From: Candidatus Latescibacterota bacterium
GTDB lineage: Bacteria > Latescibacterota > UBA2968 > UBA8231
Length of the DNA: 64,000 bases
Direction of reading: 5' to 3'
Assembly: GCA_965248265.1 (NCBI GenBank)
Contig: CBDFJF010000002.1
Coordinates: forward strand, 2,528,001 to 2,592,000
This document shows positions 9,473 through 19,966 of this stretch, piece after piece. The notes under the pieces were generated by a model. That model was not told the DNA's origin. It did no database searches and was given only the letters and a program-made list of their open reading frames with translations. Numbering within the stretch: position 1 is the first letter of the stretch; each line of letters begins with the position of its first letter. A program made the position numbers and the translations under genes.

Positions 9473-12097
9473 CTATGTCTGACTCGCTGAGGCTTCTGGG
9501 GTCGCGTCGGATTCGGCGTGTGGCGGCAGCAGTATGGTCAACGTAGTCCCCACGCCTGGCGTTGATTCGAGCTCGAGTCGTCCCGAGCATTGCTCGATGA
9601 TGCTCCGACAGATCGAGAGTCCAAGACCAGTGCCTTTGTCCGGATCCTTGGTCGTGAAGAACGGCTCCCAGATACGCTCATGGAGTTCCTCTGGAATGCC
9701 GGCGCCATTGTCAGTCACACTGATACTGACGTGTCCATCATTGAAGTCGGTGCGGATCTCGATGCGGGCTCCGTCCATCTCCGGTCCCATGCCCAACAGC
9801 GAATCCCTCGCGTTGACGAGCAGATTGAGGATGACCTCCTCCAGCGAGTAGGGATTGACGTTCACGGACGGAAGTTCGTTGCCGTTGGTGACGTTCAGCT
9901 CTATGCCCTGTGATTTGAGCTGGGACCCAAGCAGGCCGATGCTTGACTGGACTATGTCGTTGACATCGGCAATTCCCGTATCCGGCCTTCCAGCCTGGCG
10001 GGCGAACAGCCGAACGTGGTCGATGATGTGGACCATGCGATCGGCCTGATCGATGATCGACTGTTGCCGTGCCACCAGCTTATCCCCATCGAGATCCCAG
10101 CCTTTCTCCAGGCCGATCAGTGTGAGCTCGGCGTAGCCTCTTATGCCCGTGAGTGGCTGATTCAGTTCGTGAGCGATACCTGCCGCCATTTCGCCCAACG
10201 ATCTCAAGCGGTCAGCGCGCATGCTGAGGACCTTCTGCTCTTCAAGCTCGACCTCGGCACTCATACGGTTGTGCTCGGCTTCCACGCGCGAAGTCACGTC
10301 GACGATGGAGCCGACGATCTCGGACGGGTTGCCGTGTTCATCGCGCACTAGAAAGGTCTCGTCCCTGACCCAGCGGTACTCTCCATCTCCGCCTTGAATG
10401 CGATACTCCTGCGCCAGCTGACCCGAGCGCAGCACGCGCGACTGCTCGCCCATGACCCGGGGCAGGTCTTCCATGTGGATGCGCCACTTGAGGAAATTCG
10501 GGTTGGACAGAAAGGTCGAGACTTCCAGACCCAACAGAGGCTCGACGCTGGCTGACACGAAGGAGAAGCCGAAGGGTTGATCCAGCGGCCGGCTGTAGAG
10601 GACGGCAGGACTGCTTCTCAACAGATGCTGCAAACGTTCCTCGACTTCCATCAAGGCACGTGTTTCCTGTTTCCAGTGGCTGATATCGCGCGTCACGAGG
10701 CACACGATGCTCTCGCCCCGGTATTCGATCGTGTAGGCATCAATCTCAGCATCTAGGGCGGGGCCGGTCGTCGAGCGCAGGCGATGTTGCCCGGTATATG
10801 GCCGGTCAGCGTCCGCGGCAGCAAACAGATCCTGCAGTTCTTCGCCGACAGCAAAGATGGACTCAACCCGGATATTCCGGTGCTCGGGAGACGCGATATT
10901 TAGCTGCGAGACGAGCGAGGCGTTCATTTCGACGACGGCATGCGAGCGCGGGTCGAAGAACAGGATGCCTTCGGTACTCTTCTCAAGAATGGCGCGGTAG
11001 CGCGCATCGCGCACCCGCAACGATTCCAGAGTCGCTCGCCGAAAGCGCCGGCGAACGCCGGAATAAATCAGCATCAAGACAACGGTTCCGGCCCCGATGC
11101 CACCAGCCCATCGAAGGGCGAGGGCGTTCTCTTTTTTCGAGTTGGCGATGTCGGTCGCGTCGCCGAACCATCGGGGATCCCCAATCGGCGTATGGTCTTC
11201 GCCCAACCAGAGACATGGCGACTCTGGTAACAGGGAGAAGTCATCACTTTCCGAGTCGAAAAAACGTGGATCGGCCTTCAGGCAGTTCAGGCAGCGGGCC
11301 CCCTCAACGTGCTGGTGCTTTTTGGAATCGAAAATACAGGAGTTGAGAACGGATAGATGGTCGGTGCCGCCGACCACCTCGCCTCTGATGGTCGATAGAA
11401 TGACCCCGGACACGAGTGCGTCCGTCACATCTTTCAGGACGATGCCCTCACCAGCCTCGTGGATAGTGATGTCGGAAATTCGAACGGAAATCGGTTCGTC
11501 CTTCTGAGTGACTTGGATCGCCGTGTCGATGTCGTGAAAGGTGCTGTTGGATACCAGCAGGTTGCGAATCATGTCCCCGGAACCGAAGCCCAGGGCGCGA
11601 CGACCGATATCATGGAACTGGGAATTGTGTACCTCGCACCATGCGAAGGTTACCCCAACATCGCCTGAGATCGCATCCCCAGCGATGTTGCGGAACTGGC
11701 AATTTTCGACAATCAGTGTGTTGGGCTGACGAGCCTGGGAGTAGATCGCGTACTCAGCCCCCTTGGCCCCATCGAAGGTGATGCCCTGCACCCGCAGATC
11801 GGAGTAAACCCGCAGCAGTACAGATTCCGCGGTCAAGATGGGTGGAGACTTGAGATCCGGTGCGGCGAGAAAGGTCAGCGGGACATCTGGCAGGGTGACC
11901 GTCGTGCTCTCTTCATAGCGTCCGCTGGCGGCGAATCGAACGCTGTCGCGCGCGGCCAACAGAGGCAGCAAGGCGTGGATTCGGTCGCGACCGGGGTGAA
12001 TGTCGTGCGTGCGAGCCGAGGCGCCCGACGCGGTCAGCATCGCGATCAGGCACACCAGAAAACAGATGAAAGCTCTTGAATGAGCGGCGTCAGACAG
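9473..12097 (-). CDS. Sensor histidine kinase: extracellular right-handed beta-helix, TM, 2 PAS, HisKA/HATPase (start uncertain, about 12040-12097)
   Basis: Signal-like N-terminus; beta-helix repeats (VENCQFRNI, VHNSQFHDI, VSNSTFHDI); IGDPRW; TM helix; PAS/PAC; AHELNQPL, NARD, DNGAG, GTGLGL. Confidence 0.85.
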   Translation of the reverse strand: MSDAAHSRAFICFLVCLIAMLTASGASARTHDIHPGRDRIHALLPLLAARDSVRFAASGRYEESTTVTLPDVPLTFLAAPDLKSPPILTAESVLLRVYSDLRVQGITFDGAKGAEYAIYSQARQPNTLIVENCQFRNIAGDAISGDVGVTFAWCEVHNSQFHDIGRRALGFGSGDMIRNLLVSNSTFHDIDTAIQVTQKDEPISVRISDITIHEAGEGIVLKDVTDALVSGVILSTIRGEVVGGTDHLSVLNSCIFDSKKHQHVEGARCLNCLKADPRFFDSESDDFSLLPESPCLWLGEDHTPIGDPRWFGDATDIANSKKENALALRWAGGIGAGTVVLMLIYSGVRRRFRRATLESLRVRDARYRAILEKSTEGILFFDPRSHAVVEMNASLVSQLNIASPEHRNIRVESIFAVGEELQDLFAAADADRPYTGQHRLRSTTGPALDAEIDAYTIEYRGESIVCLVTRDISHWKQETRALMEVEERLQHLLRSSPAVLYSRPLDQPFGFSFVSASVEPLLGLEVSTFLSNPNFLKWRIHMEDLPRVMGEQSRVLRSGQLAQEYRIQGGDGEYRWVRDETFLVRDEHGNPSEIVGSIVDVTSRVEAEHNRMSAEVELEEQKVLSMRADRLRSLGEMAAGIAHELNQPLTGIRGYAELTLIGLEKGWDLDGDKLVARQQSIIDQADRMVHIIDHVRLFARQAGRPDTGIADVNDIVQSSIGLLGSQLKSQGIELNVTNGNELPSVNVNPYSLEEVILNLLVNARDSLLGMGPEMDGARIEIRTDFNDGHVSISVTDNGAGIPEELHERIWEPFFTTKDPDKGTGLGLSICRSIIEQCSGRLELESTPGVGTTLTILLPPHAESDATPEASASQT

Positions 12098-12099
12098 AG

Positions 12100-12840
12100 T
12101 TACCCACCCTCGTTCTGGTCGATCTCTGTTTTGATTCGCGTTTTCTGCCATTCGTAGTCGACTTCGCCGTCGTAGAAGACCTCCGGCGCCTCGATAGCCC
12201 AACCCTGTTTGCGGATGAGCCAGTTTTCTGGGTCAAGGGAGACGCCCTCTTGTAACGCCTGCAAGGCAGCCTGCGGCTTGCCTTCGTCGAGGTAGCCGAC
12301 TGCGCGCTGCAGGCAGGCGTCGGATTGTCGCTCCTCCGGTGTAATCAGCTCTGCGGCTGCCGGTTCACTCGCCTCGTTCCATGAATCCGGCCGACTGCCC
12401 GTTGAAGCCCAATTCTCCAACTCGCTTCGGAACGTCGAATCACCGATATCGACCATACTGACAGGTCGGGCGAGTTGTCCATCGGCATCGATGACAATAC
12501 CGACGGGAACATACTTCACGCCGAATGCCTTGCCGACCACGTTGCCCCTGTCCACTAAAGACGGAAAGGTCGCCATGGCTTTTTCGAGCCAGGGCTTGGC
12601 ATAGTCCTCACCTTGAGCGTCTTGAGCGATCGAGATTACGTTGCAGTTTTCGCCGTTCTTATTGAAGAATGACTGCCATCCAGGCAGTTGCGATCGGCAG
12701 CGTCACCACGAGGCCCACATGTAGAGGACCGTTCGCCTGCCGAGAAAGTCCCGAGGTCCCAAGGATCGGTCGGAACCGATTTCGGGCAAGGTGAATTCTG
12801 GTAGTTCGCGGCGGGTGTCATTGGTACCTTTGCTGGTCAT
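12100..12840 (-). CDS. ResA/TlpA-like redoxin selenoprotein (WASW-U-RC) with C-terminal TPR-like helices, 246 aa
   Basis: ATG 12840 with AGGAG RBS. In-frame TGA at codon 46 (12703-12705) sits at the redox Cys position. The thioredoxin-like sequence continues in frame into ORF 12100..12576. Confidence 0.85.
12672..12688 (-). promoter_or_regulatory. Candidate bacterial SECIS hairpin
   Basis: mRNA reads ACUGCC-UGGAU-GGCAGU, a 6-bp stem with a G-containing loop, starting after a 14-nt spacer downstream of the in-frame UGA. Confidence 0.6.
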
Positions 12841-12854
12841 CGATAAACTCTCCT

Positions 12855-14405
12855 CTACTCTCCGTAGGCTATCCAGAATTCGACGTTCTCAATGCCCAGC
12901 GGCGGACGGATTCGGGCGTCGCGCTTGACGAGAACGACCTTGACTTCGTGGCCGCCCGGTGAAATCTGTGCCGCTTCAAGGTCCCACACCAGCCAGCTGT
13001 TCTCGTCGACGTCGGCCGGGTTGTTGGGATTCTCCGCGGTCTGATTGCGGATCGCGGGGGGACCCAGCGGCGTGCCATCCAGGGTCACCGCTACTTCGTC
13101 TCCGGTGGGCGAGAAGTGTGCCATTTCGAGCAATAACTGCAGGCTGCTGGCTTTCCCCGGATCCGCGTCGTGGGTGGAAATGTGGAAGGTCGGGCCGTCA
13201 GCAGTCAACGTCCGATGGAGGTCGACGGGGACCTCACCATAGATGCGATCATCCCGTTCGGAGTCCAGGCGCAGCGGGTTGGTGCCGATGCTTCGGTAAA
13301 TGGCGGTATAGGCCTTGTCTTGATCCTTCAGCGTTTCAGTTGACCCAATCGTCGAAAGAGAATGACGCCGAGTCGTAGCATTTGCATGCCAGTTGAAGAT
13401 GTAGATGCCGTGGGCGCCACGATCGAAGTGGCCCTGCGCCATGCCGGCGAACCAGCGATCGCGCCACCGAGTATGTGGGATCAGTCGATTGGCCAGCTGT
13501 CGTGAGTCGAAGTCCAGACCGGGATACACCTGGATGTCGGTGCCTTCTACAAGGCGGAGAAATTCCTCGGTCTCGAAACAGGGGTCCGTTCCGGAATTGC
13601 CGCCACCAATGATGATGTCGCACAAGCCCTCTTTGACCCAGGTCTCTAGGTCGTAGCCGATACGACGGCATGATTCCAGGGTCGCAGCCACCCGTACGGC
13701 GACGGGGAAGGGGCGGCCGCGTTCTTCGGCCAGTCGATTGGTCATCTGGCGCACGGCCCGCTGCAGATCGGTGAGGGCGTAACGCAGCCGGTACTCGTGG
13801 TTGCCGGGCAGGTGAAAGGCATGACGTTGCCAGTCGAGTTCGACGCCGTCCCAGTCCGTCAGGCGACAGGCCTGCTCGATGAGGTCCAGCTTGTGTTCGC
13901 GAACCTCCGGAATGGCCATGTTCCATGAGGTCGCGCACCACCCCGGTGCCTGGTCGCCGAGGCACCATTCGGGGTGCTGTTTGCGCAGATCCGTCATCTC
14001 ATGTTCGTCGGACTTCTGCATGGCTTCCAGATCCTGGATGGTCCAGAAGTGCTGGTCGTTCATGCGGATGGATGGCCACGCATCGATGCCGAGCTCGCGT
14101 CCGCGCGCTACCATCGCGCCGTATAGATCCTCGCCGCGTTCCAGCAAGGCGCGGATGTTCTCCGTATCCCGCATGGCCAGGACACTGTCGTAGATCCTGC
14201 CGACTGAATCGCCCTTTACCGGTAGATTCCCTGACAACCACGTTGCTTCGTGGATGCCCATGCACCAGAACAGGGCGTCTACCTGGGTGTCGGCGAGGGG
14301 GGCGTAGACCTTTTCCAGGAACTGCTCTACGGTCTGGGGGTATTCGTCGTAGTGGTGAGGGGCACCATCCCAGTTATAGATGATTCGGTATGGGGATTGA
14401 GCCAT
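12855..14405 (-). CDS. Glycoside hydrolase-like TIM-barrel protein (GHL10-like), close paralog of 44255..45814
   Basis: YRIIYNWDG, RMNDQH, WDGVELDWQRH, GIYIFNW; ATG 14405 after GAGGAG. Confidence 0.65.
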   Translation of the reverse strand: MAQSPYRIIYNWDGAPHHYDEYPQTVEQFLEKVYAPLADTQVDALFWCMGIHEATWLSGNLPVKGDSVGRIYDSVLAMRDTENIRALLERGEDLYGAMVARGRELGIDAWPSIRMNDQHFWTIQDLEAMQKSDEHEMTDLRKQHPEWCLGDQAPGWCATSWNMAIPEVREHKLDLIEQACRLTDWDGVELDWQRHAFHLPGNHEYRLRYALTDLQRAVRQMTNRLAEERGRPFPVAVRVAATLESCRRIGYDLETWVKEGLCDIIIGGGNSGTDPCFETEEFLRLVEGTDIQVYPGLDFDSRQLANRLIPHTRWRDRWFAGMAQGHFDRGAHGIYIFNWHANATTRRHSLSTIGSTETLKDQDKAYTAIYRSIGTNPLRLDSERDDRIYGEVPVDLHRTLTADGPTFHISTHDADPGKASSLQLLLEMAHFSPTGDEVAVTLDGTPLGPPAIRNQTAENPNNPADVDENSWLVWDLEAAQISPGGHEVKVVLVKRDARIRPPLGIENVEFWIAYGE

Positions 14406-14468
14406 GGTGGTCACTCCTCGCACAAGGCTGAATGCAGCGTCGATAATGGCATTACCGACAAATTAAGG

Positions 14469-15272
14469 TCAGCTGCCAGTCGATGTATAGTGTCTGACGC
14501 CGAAAAGCCACACGCGCAAGGAGATCAAGAGAAAGAGGAAACCGACCAGAGGAGACAACCAGGAGAAGAAGTACACCGGATCACTCGTGGTTACCCGACC
14601 AAGCACGGCCAGCATCGGGTAGTAGTTTACGCACGCCAGCGGGATCACGTAGGTGAACAGTTTTCGGAACCAGTCTTGATAGATCTCGAGGGGATATCGA
14701 ATGGTTTCCACGCCTCCGTAGACGGCGGCATTCGCGATTTCAAGCCCTTCGGTCGTCCAGAAAGCCAGCGTCGCCTGAAAAACAACGATCGCGTAGAACG
14801 TTGCCGCGCCTCCGATGATACTGGAAACGACAAGCATGGATCGCTGCATGGTCCAGTCGATATCGAGAACCCAGACCGCCCATGCAAGCACCAGGAATGC
14901 TTGAGAAAAACGACCGATTCTCCGCAACGTCAATTCCTGGCCGGCGAGTTGCAGAGCTGTGCTTCTCGGTCTGAGCAGCAGGCGGTCGAACTCACCAGCT
15001 TTCACGGTTTGGCCAAAGCGATCAAACCCCGCGGTAAAAGCATCGGCAATCGCAAAGGAGAGAGCCGCCGTTCCGTAGAAAAGAGCGACTTCCTGGAAGG
15101 ACCAACCCTGTACCGCCTTGAATCGATCGAACAGTACCCAAACAGAGATGAACTCAATCCCAGTCGTTACGAAGTCGCCGATCGTCAACATCACGAATGA
15201 GGCGCGATACTGCATTTGCGCTCGTAGTGAAATCGCTATCAGTCTGGTATAGATCCGGATTGCGTCAGCCAT
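14469..15272 (-). CDS. ABC-2 family (DUF990-type) transporter permease
   Basis: MQYRASF, GEFDRLLLRP, YPLEIY, C-terminal YTSTGS. Confidence 0.9.
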   Translation of the reverse strand: MADAIRIYTRLIAISLRAQMQYRASFVMLTIGDFVTTGIEFISVWVLFDRFKAVQGWSFQEVALFYGTAALSFAIADAFTAGFDRFGQTVKAGEFDRLLLRPRSTALQLAGQELTLRRIGRFSQAFLVLAWAVWVLDIDWTMQRSMLVVSSIIGGAATFYAIVVFQATLAFWTTEGLEIANAAVYGGVETIRYPLEIYQDWFRKLFTYVIPLACVNYYPMLAVLGRVTTSDPVYFFSWLSPLVGFLFLLISLRVWLFGVRHYTSTGS

Positions 15273-15275
15273 CGC

Positions 15276-16067
15276 TCACCCTCCCTGCACGACGAGGTTG
15301 CGGCGACCTCGGATGAAGAGGGCTCGACTCAACAGCATGAGGGCTACCGTCCACGCGACTTGATGCCCCAAGTATGGCAGTAATTCAGCCGCTGGTATGT
15401 GTCCCAGGTAGAATCGAAACGGGATGTCGATGAGCCCGCGGAAGGGGAGGAAGTTGAGCACAGGCTGCATCCACTGCGGGTACAGTGGAAGGGGAACCGC
15501 CATACCAGACAGCGCATAGGCGATGGCAGGCATCATGCGCGAAATCCCCTCGCCGGAAATCGTCCAGAGCAGGCTGACGGTCATTACGGTGGCGAGGGCG
15601 CTGCTCAGGAGCAACGCTCCAATCATCGCTGCGATCCAGGCTGAGAAAGCGGCCAGACTTGGAGGTGCTACCATATCCACGACGGTGAAAGCCAGGACAA
15701 GGATGGGGCTGGCTCTGAGGGCAACTGTGCCGACTCGTTGCGCCATCACCCTTGCGAACCAGTAGAAAGGGATGTCAACTGGCCTGAGCATTTCGTAGGC
15801 GACTGTACCCGTCCGGATTTGCTGGCGAACGTCGGGATCGGCTCCCCAGCCGATTATGCCGAGAAAGGCCTGGCCCAACCAGACGTAAGCGATCACATCG
15901 GTCAGGGTCATTGGCATGTCCGCCGTGGTTGACCGGTAGAATGCCTCGAACAGCATCATTCGGATCAATCCCCAGAAACATTGCGTCCCAACGCCGGAGA
16001 TCGCGGCGACCCGGTACTGGAGCTGAGTCTGGAATCGAGCCAGGAAAACGCTGTAGTAGGCTCTCAC
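15276..16067 (-). CDS. ABC-2 family transporter permease
   Basis: LQYRVA, IRTGTVAYEMLRPVD, LSGMAVPL, C-terminal VVQGG. Confidence 0.9.
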   Translation of the reverse strand: MRAYYSVFLARFQTQLQYRVAAISGVGTQCFWGLIRMMLFEAFYRSTTADMPMTLTDVIAYVWLGQAFLGIIGWGADPDVRQQIRTGTVAYEMLRPVDIPFYWFARVMAQRVGTVALRASPILVLAFTVVDMVAPPSLAAFSAWIAAMIGALLLSSALATVMTVSLLWTISGEGISRMMPAIAYALSGMAVPLPLYPQWMQPVLNFLPFRGLIDIPFRFYLGHIPAAELLPYLGHQVAWTVALMLLSRALFIRGRRNLVVQGG

Positions 16068-17047
16068 TCTTCTTCCTTCCCATACATCCGGGCGATGATC
16101 TCCTCGATCGGCGGATTCTCGACGAACAGATCTCGAACCGCGTGTCTTGCGGTGATCCGGCCGATCAAGTCTGCAGCAGACGTTTTTTCAGGCTGGAATC
16201 GAATCTCAACACGATGCCCGTCTTGTCGGATGATCTCAGCGCTTTCGTCCAACACAGATTCGCTCTCATTTTCCAGGTCAACGATGAGCCGCCGCTCGCT
16301 GCTGACCTGGTTGCGAAGTTCCTCGATCGTCCCATCGGACAGAATTTTCCCCTCACCGATGACCAGAATCCGTGAGCAAAGCGCCTCGATGTCATCCATG
16401 TTATGCGTCGTCAGGATGACAGTAATGCCCTGCTTTTTGTTCAACTCCATAACAAAGTCGCGGACAGCCAGCTTAGATACGGCGTCCAGTCCGATCGTCG
16501 GTTCATCCAGGAAGAGCAACTCTGGCCGATGAAGTAACGAAGCTGCAAGATCGCAACGCATACGTTGACCAAGGCTCAACTGTCGGACCGGAACGTCGAG
16601 AAAACTGGACAGCTTGAGGCGGTCTACCAGCTCGTCTCGTGACTCGGCGTACCTGTCCGGAGGTATTCGATAAATGTCTCTGAGCAAATCGAATGACTCG
16701 ATGGCAGGCAGATCCCACCACAGCTGCGTTCGTTGTCCGAAAACCACACCAATCTCGTTCACGTGCCGAGTGCGCTGCTTCCAGGGCACGATCCCACCGA
16801 TCTCGCAGACTCCGGAGTCCGGTACCAGGATGCCGGAGATCACCTTTACTGTGGTGGACTTCCCGGCACCGTTCGGGCCAATGTATCCAACCAGTTCACC
16901 CGGCTCGATCGAAAAACTGATACCGTGAAGAGCTGTCACCGTTCTGTGCTTGCGATGAACGACCCCCTTGACTGCTCCCCAAAAACCAGGGCTCCGCTCA
17001 GCTACCCGGAACGTCTTGACTATATTTTCTACATGGATTCCTGGCAT
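16064..17047 (-). CDS. ABC transporter ATP-binding protein
   Basis: Walker A GPNGAGKST, signature LSLGQ, Walker B LFLDEPT, H-loop TTH. Confidence 0.95.
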   Translation of the reverse strand: MPGIHVENIVKTFRVAERSPGFWGAVKGVVHRKHRTVTALHGISFSIEPGELVGYIGPNGAGKSTTVKVISGILVPDSGVCEIGGIVPWKQRTRHVNEIGVVFGQRTQLWWDLPAIESFDLLRDIYRIPPDRYAESRDELVDRLKLSSFLDVPVRQLSLGQRMRCDLAASLLHRPELLFLDEPTIGLDAVSKLAVRDFVMELNKKQGITVILTTHNMDDIEALCSRILVIGEGKILSDGTIEELRNQVSSERRLIVDLENESESVLDESAEIIRQDGHRVEIRFQPEKTSAADLIGRITARHAVRDLFVENPPIEEIIARMYGKEEE

Positions 17048-17307
17048 GTGTTTCGTGGCGATCCTGACCCATTGGGCATTCTGACTCTCTCGAGGGGAAT
17101 CGAATAGTAAGGAAACTCGAGTTCAACGGCATTCAGCCAGTTTCTCGCAGGCGTAACGCGGCGACGGGGAAGGGTTGCTGGACGACTTTGGAGCGTCCCG
17201 GGCGCTCGGCGCGTCGCTCGGACAGAATCGAATGTTGATCGGGAGCGCGGCAATGCTTCTCTTTCGTTTGTACAAAAATCTCACCAATCAACCAGCGAGC
17301 TCCTTCG

Positions 17308-18063
17308 ATGAGCGATGCCACTCCTCCCTCGCGCCACCTGCAGATCGCGGACACCTACAACATTCGCGATATCGGCGGTTACGCCACGGCCGACGGCCGG
17401 AACACCCAATGGCGCACCTACCTGCGGGCCGACAGCCTCCACAAGCTCTCACCGGAAGCGCAGCGAGAACTCCTCGATACCGGACTGAAGACGATCATCG
17501 ACCTGAGGCGGGAACGGGAGACCGCCAACACGCCAAATGTCTTCGCTTCCTCCGCCGAGATTGACTACCGACACATGAACCTGATCACCGATACGGATCC
17601 CGAAGGCTACGGCGAGCCCGGGGAGGGGCCGGCGTGGATAGCCGGCTCCTACAAGCTGTTGCTCGACAATAGAAAGCCGGAGATCGCCGCCATCATGGCC
17701 ACGCTGGCAGACCCGGCCGTGCCTCCGGCTCTCTTCCACTGTGCCGGCGGTGCCGACCGGACCGGAATTATCGCTGCACTTCTATTGAGCCTGGCCGGAG
17801 TTCCAGATGAAACGATTGCCGAGGATTACAACCTGACCGCGCCAACTCTATTCAAGCGCTATTCGACCGAGGGCCCGCCGCCGGGATGGTCGACGGACGA
17901 TTTGAGGCGGGCGCAGAGCATGGACTATTTGGCCCCGGCTGAAACCATGATGATTACGCTGCGATACCTGGAAGACACGTACGGGGGAGTCGAGGCCTAC
18001 GTGCGCGAGATCGGTCTGACGATGGAGCAGATCGAGTCCATTCGAGCATCATTCGTGGAGTGA
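17308..18063 (+). CDS. Tyrosine-protein phosphatase family (Y_phosphatase3 / IphP-like)
   Basis: NIRDIGG, IIDLR, P-loop HCAGGADRTG, EDYNLT. Confidence 0.88.
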   Translation: MSDATPPSRHLQIADTYNIRDIGGYATADGRNTQWRTYLRADSLHKLSPEAQRELLDTGLKTIIDLRRERETANTPNVFASSAEIDYRHMNLITDTDPEGYGEPGEGPAWIAGSYKLLLDNRKPEIAAIMATLADPAVPPALFHCAGGADRTGIIAALLLSLAGVPDETIAEDYNLTAPTLFKRYSTEGPPPGWSTDDLRRAQSMDYLAPAETMMITLRYLEDTYGGVEAYVREIGLTMEQIESIRASFVE

Positions 18064-18128
18064 TTCGATCACGTCGAGCCTGCGGCCGGCAACCAGTTTC
18101 ATCCTTCGTGACAAGACAAGGTGGCATC

Positions 18129-19782
18129 GTGAACGAAGTCGAGACATCCAGAGTTGAACTGCAGGAGCAGCTGGCGGAGTTGCGTCTAAGCCACGACATG
18201 CTGTCGCGGTTGCTTCAGACCAGCCCGGAAAACATCATTCTGACTCGCTTGAGCGATGGCAAGATACTGGAGGTCAACGACGGCTTCTGTCGCAATTCCG
18301 GCCTATCTCGCAGCGATGCCATCGGAAAAACCACAGCCGAGTTGGATATCTGGGTCCATCAGGAAGACCGGGATCGGTTCGTCAGGATTCTCGAAGACAA
18401 AGGGGAGTGCCGCAACTTCGCTGCTTTGATCAGGTCGAACGGACGCATACTTCACAGTCTCATATCGGACCACATTGTCGAAGTTGACGGAGAGCAATGC
18501 CTGGTCGCGAATTCCCGAGACATCAGCGATCTGAAGGAGGCGGAAGAGGCGCTTAGGCGGCGGGCGGCGGAGCTGGCTGCGGCCAATCACAAGCTGGCCG
18601 CGCGCGAACGAGAGCTGGAAATTCACAACCAGCGTCTGCAGCAGGAAGTTGCGGAGCGCGAGCGGCTCGAGTCCGAAACCGTGCGCCTGGAACGCCTATC
18701 CGCGCTCGGCCAAATGGCACAGGGCGTTGCGCACAATTTCAACAATCTTCTCGCCATCGTTCTGGGTCATGCCGAGATGCTTCAATCTCAGCTCACCGAC
18801 GCGGCTCTGCGCCAGGAAGTCCAACTTCTGATAGATGGCGTAATGCGCGCAGCGGAATTGGTTCGACGCCTCAACCAGGCTGTGCGGACCGAGCAGGATG
18901 AAATGCAACCGGTCTCAGTCGAGACCGTCGTTCGCGATGCCCTGGAAGTTTCCCGGCCTCAGTGGAAGGATGAACCGGAGTCCAAGGGAATCCCCATCGA
19001 CATTGTCACCGATCTTGTTGAAACCCCACCTATCCGGGCAACCGAGTCCGGGCTGCACCAGATCTTTATCAACCTGCTCTTCAACGCCCTGGAGGCCCTG
19101 CCCAAGGGGGGAACCATCCGGATTGCATCGAAGCTGGCACCAGACCGTGTGGAGGTGACGTTCAGCGATGACGGCATCGGCATGAGCGAGGAATCGCGCC
19201 CAAAGAGCGTTCGAGCCCTTTTTCACCACGAAGATGACCGTCGGCTCGGGCCTGGGTTTGTCCAACGTCCACGGCACGGTCGTCGGCTGGGGGGGCGAAT
19301 GTGAGGTGGACAGCGCAATCGGCCTCGGCACGACCATAAGATTGCGGTTCTGCATCTCCGATCAGGAGCCGGATTCCCCGGTTGAGGTTGGTGATCCCGT
19401 TCCGGTCGGGCGCAGGGGAGCGATCATCGTGGTCGAGGACGAGGAGAGCATCTGTACCTTCCTGGTCAGCACTCTCTCTCGCCAGCACCAAGTCGACGCG
19501 TTCCAAAACGGCACCGAAGCGTTGGATCAGTTCTCCGCGGGAAAGTACGATGTGGCGCTCATCGACCTGGGAATGCCCGGGCTGCCTGGCGATCAGTTGG
19601 CATTGAGGTTACGGGAAACCGATCCCGCCATCATCACCGTTCTGGTTACGGGTTGGGCTCTCGAAGAAGACGACCCTCGCTTGTCCCACTTCGACTTTCG
19701 GCTTACCAAACCCGCACGGTCCGTGGCCATCCGGCACACCGTTACCCGCGCGATTGATCTCTACGACACCCGACGGTCCTGA
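18129..19782 (+). pseudogene. PAS-HisKA-HATPase-REC hybrid kinase split by a +1 frameshift
   Basis: AHNFNNLL and DDGIG lie in one frame; FEPFFTTK, GSGLGL and the REC domain lie in another. One extra C in the CCC at 19199-19201. Could be a sequencing error. Confidence 0.8.
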
Positions 19783-19966
19783 CGGCTGGACGTACGGTCA
19801 TGATTCATCCGGTTCGGCAAAGGCGTCGGCAAAGAGATGGGTCTTTCGGTTGAGATTGCCGTAGCAGCCGCGGACTTCCTCATCCGGAAGTGACTGAGGA
19901 CCGGTCCTGAGCGGAGCCCGTAGCAGGTCTGCACGGTCTTGCGCTCACGCGTCGAGGGTCACCCAC

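Noticed and set aside
17048-17307. Riboswitch or ncRNA in the divergent intergenic region
   Set aside because: No recognisable conserved motif or strong structure by eye; an Infernal/Rfam scan would be needed.
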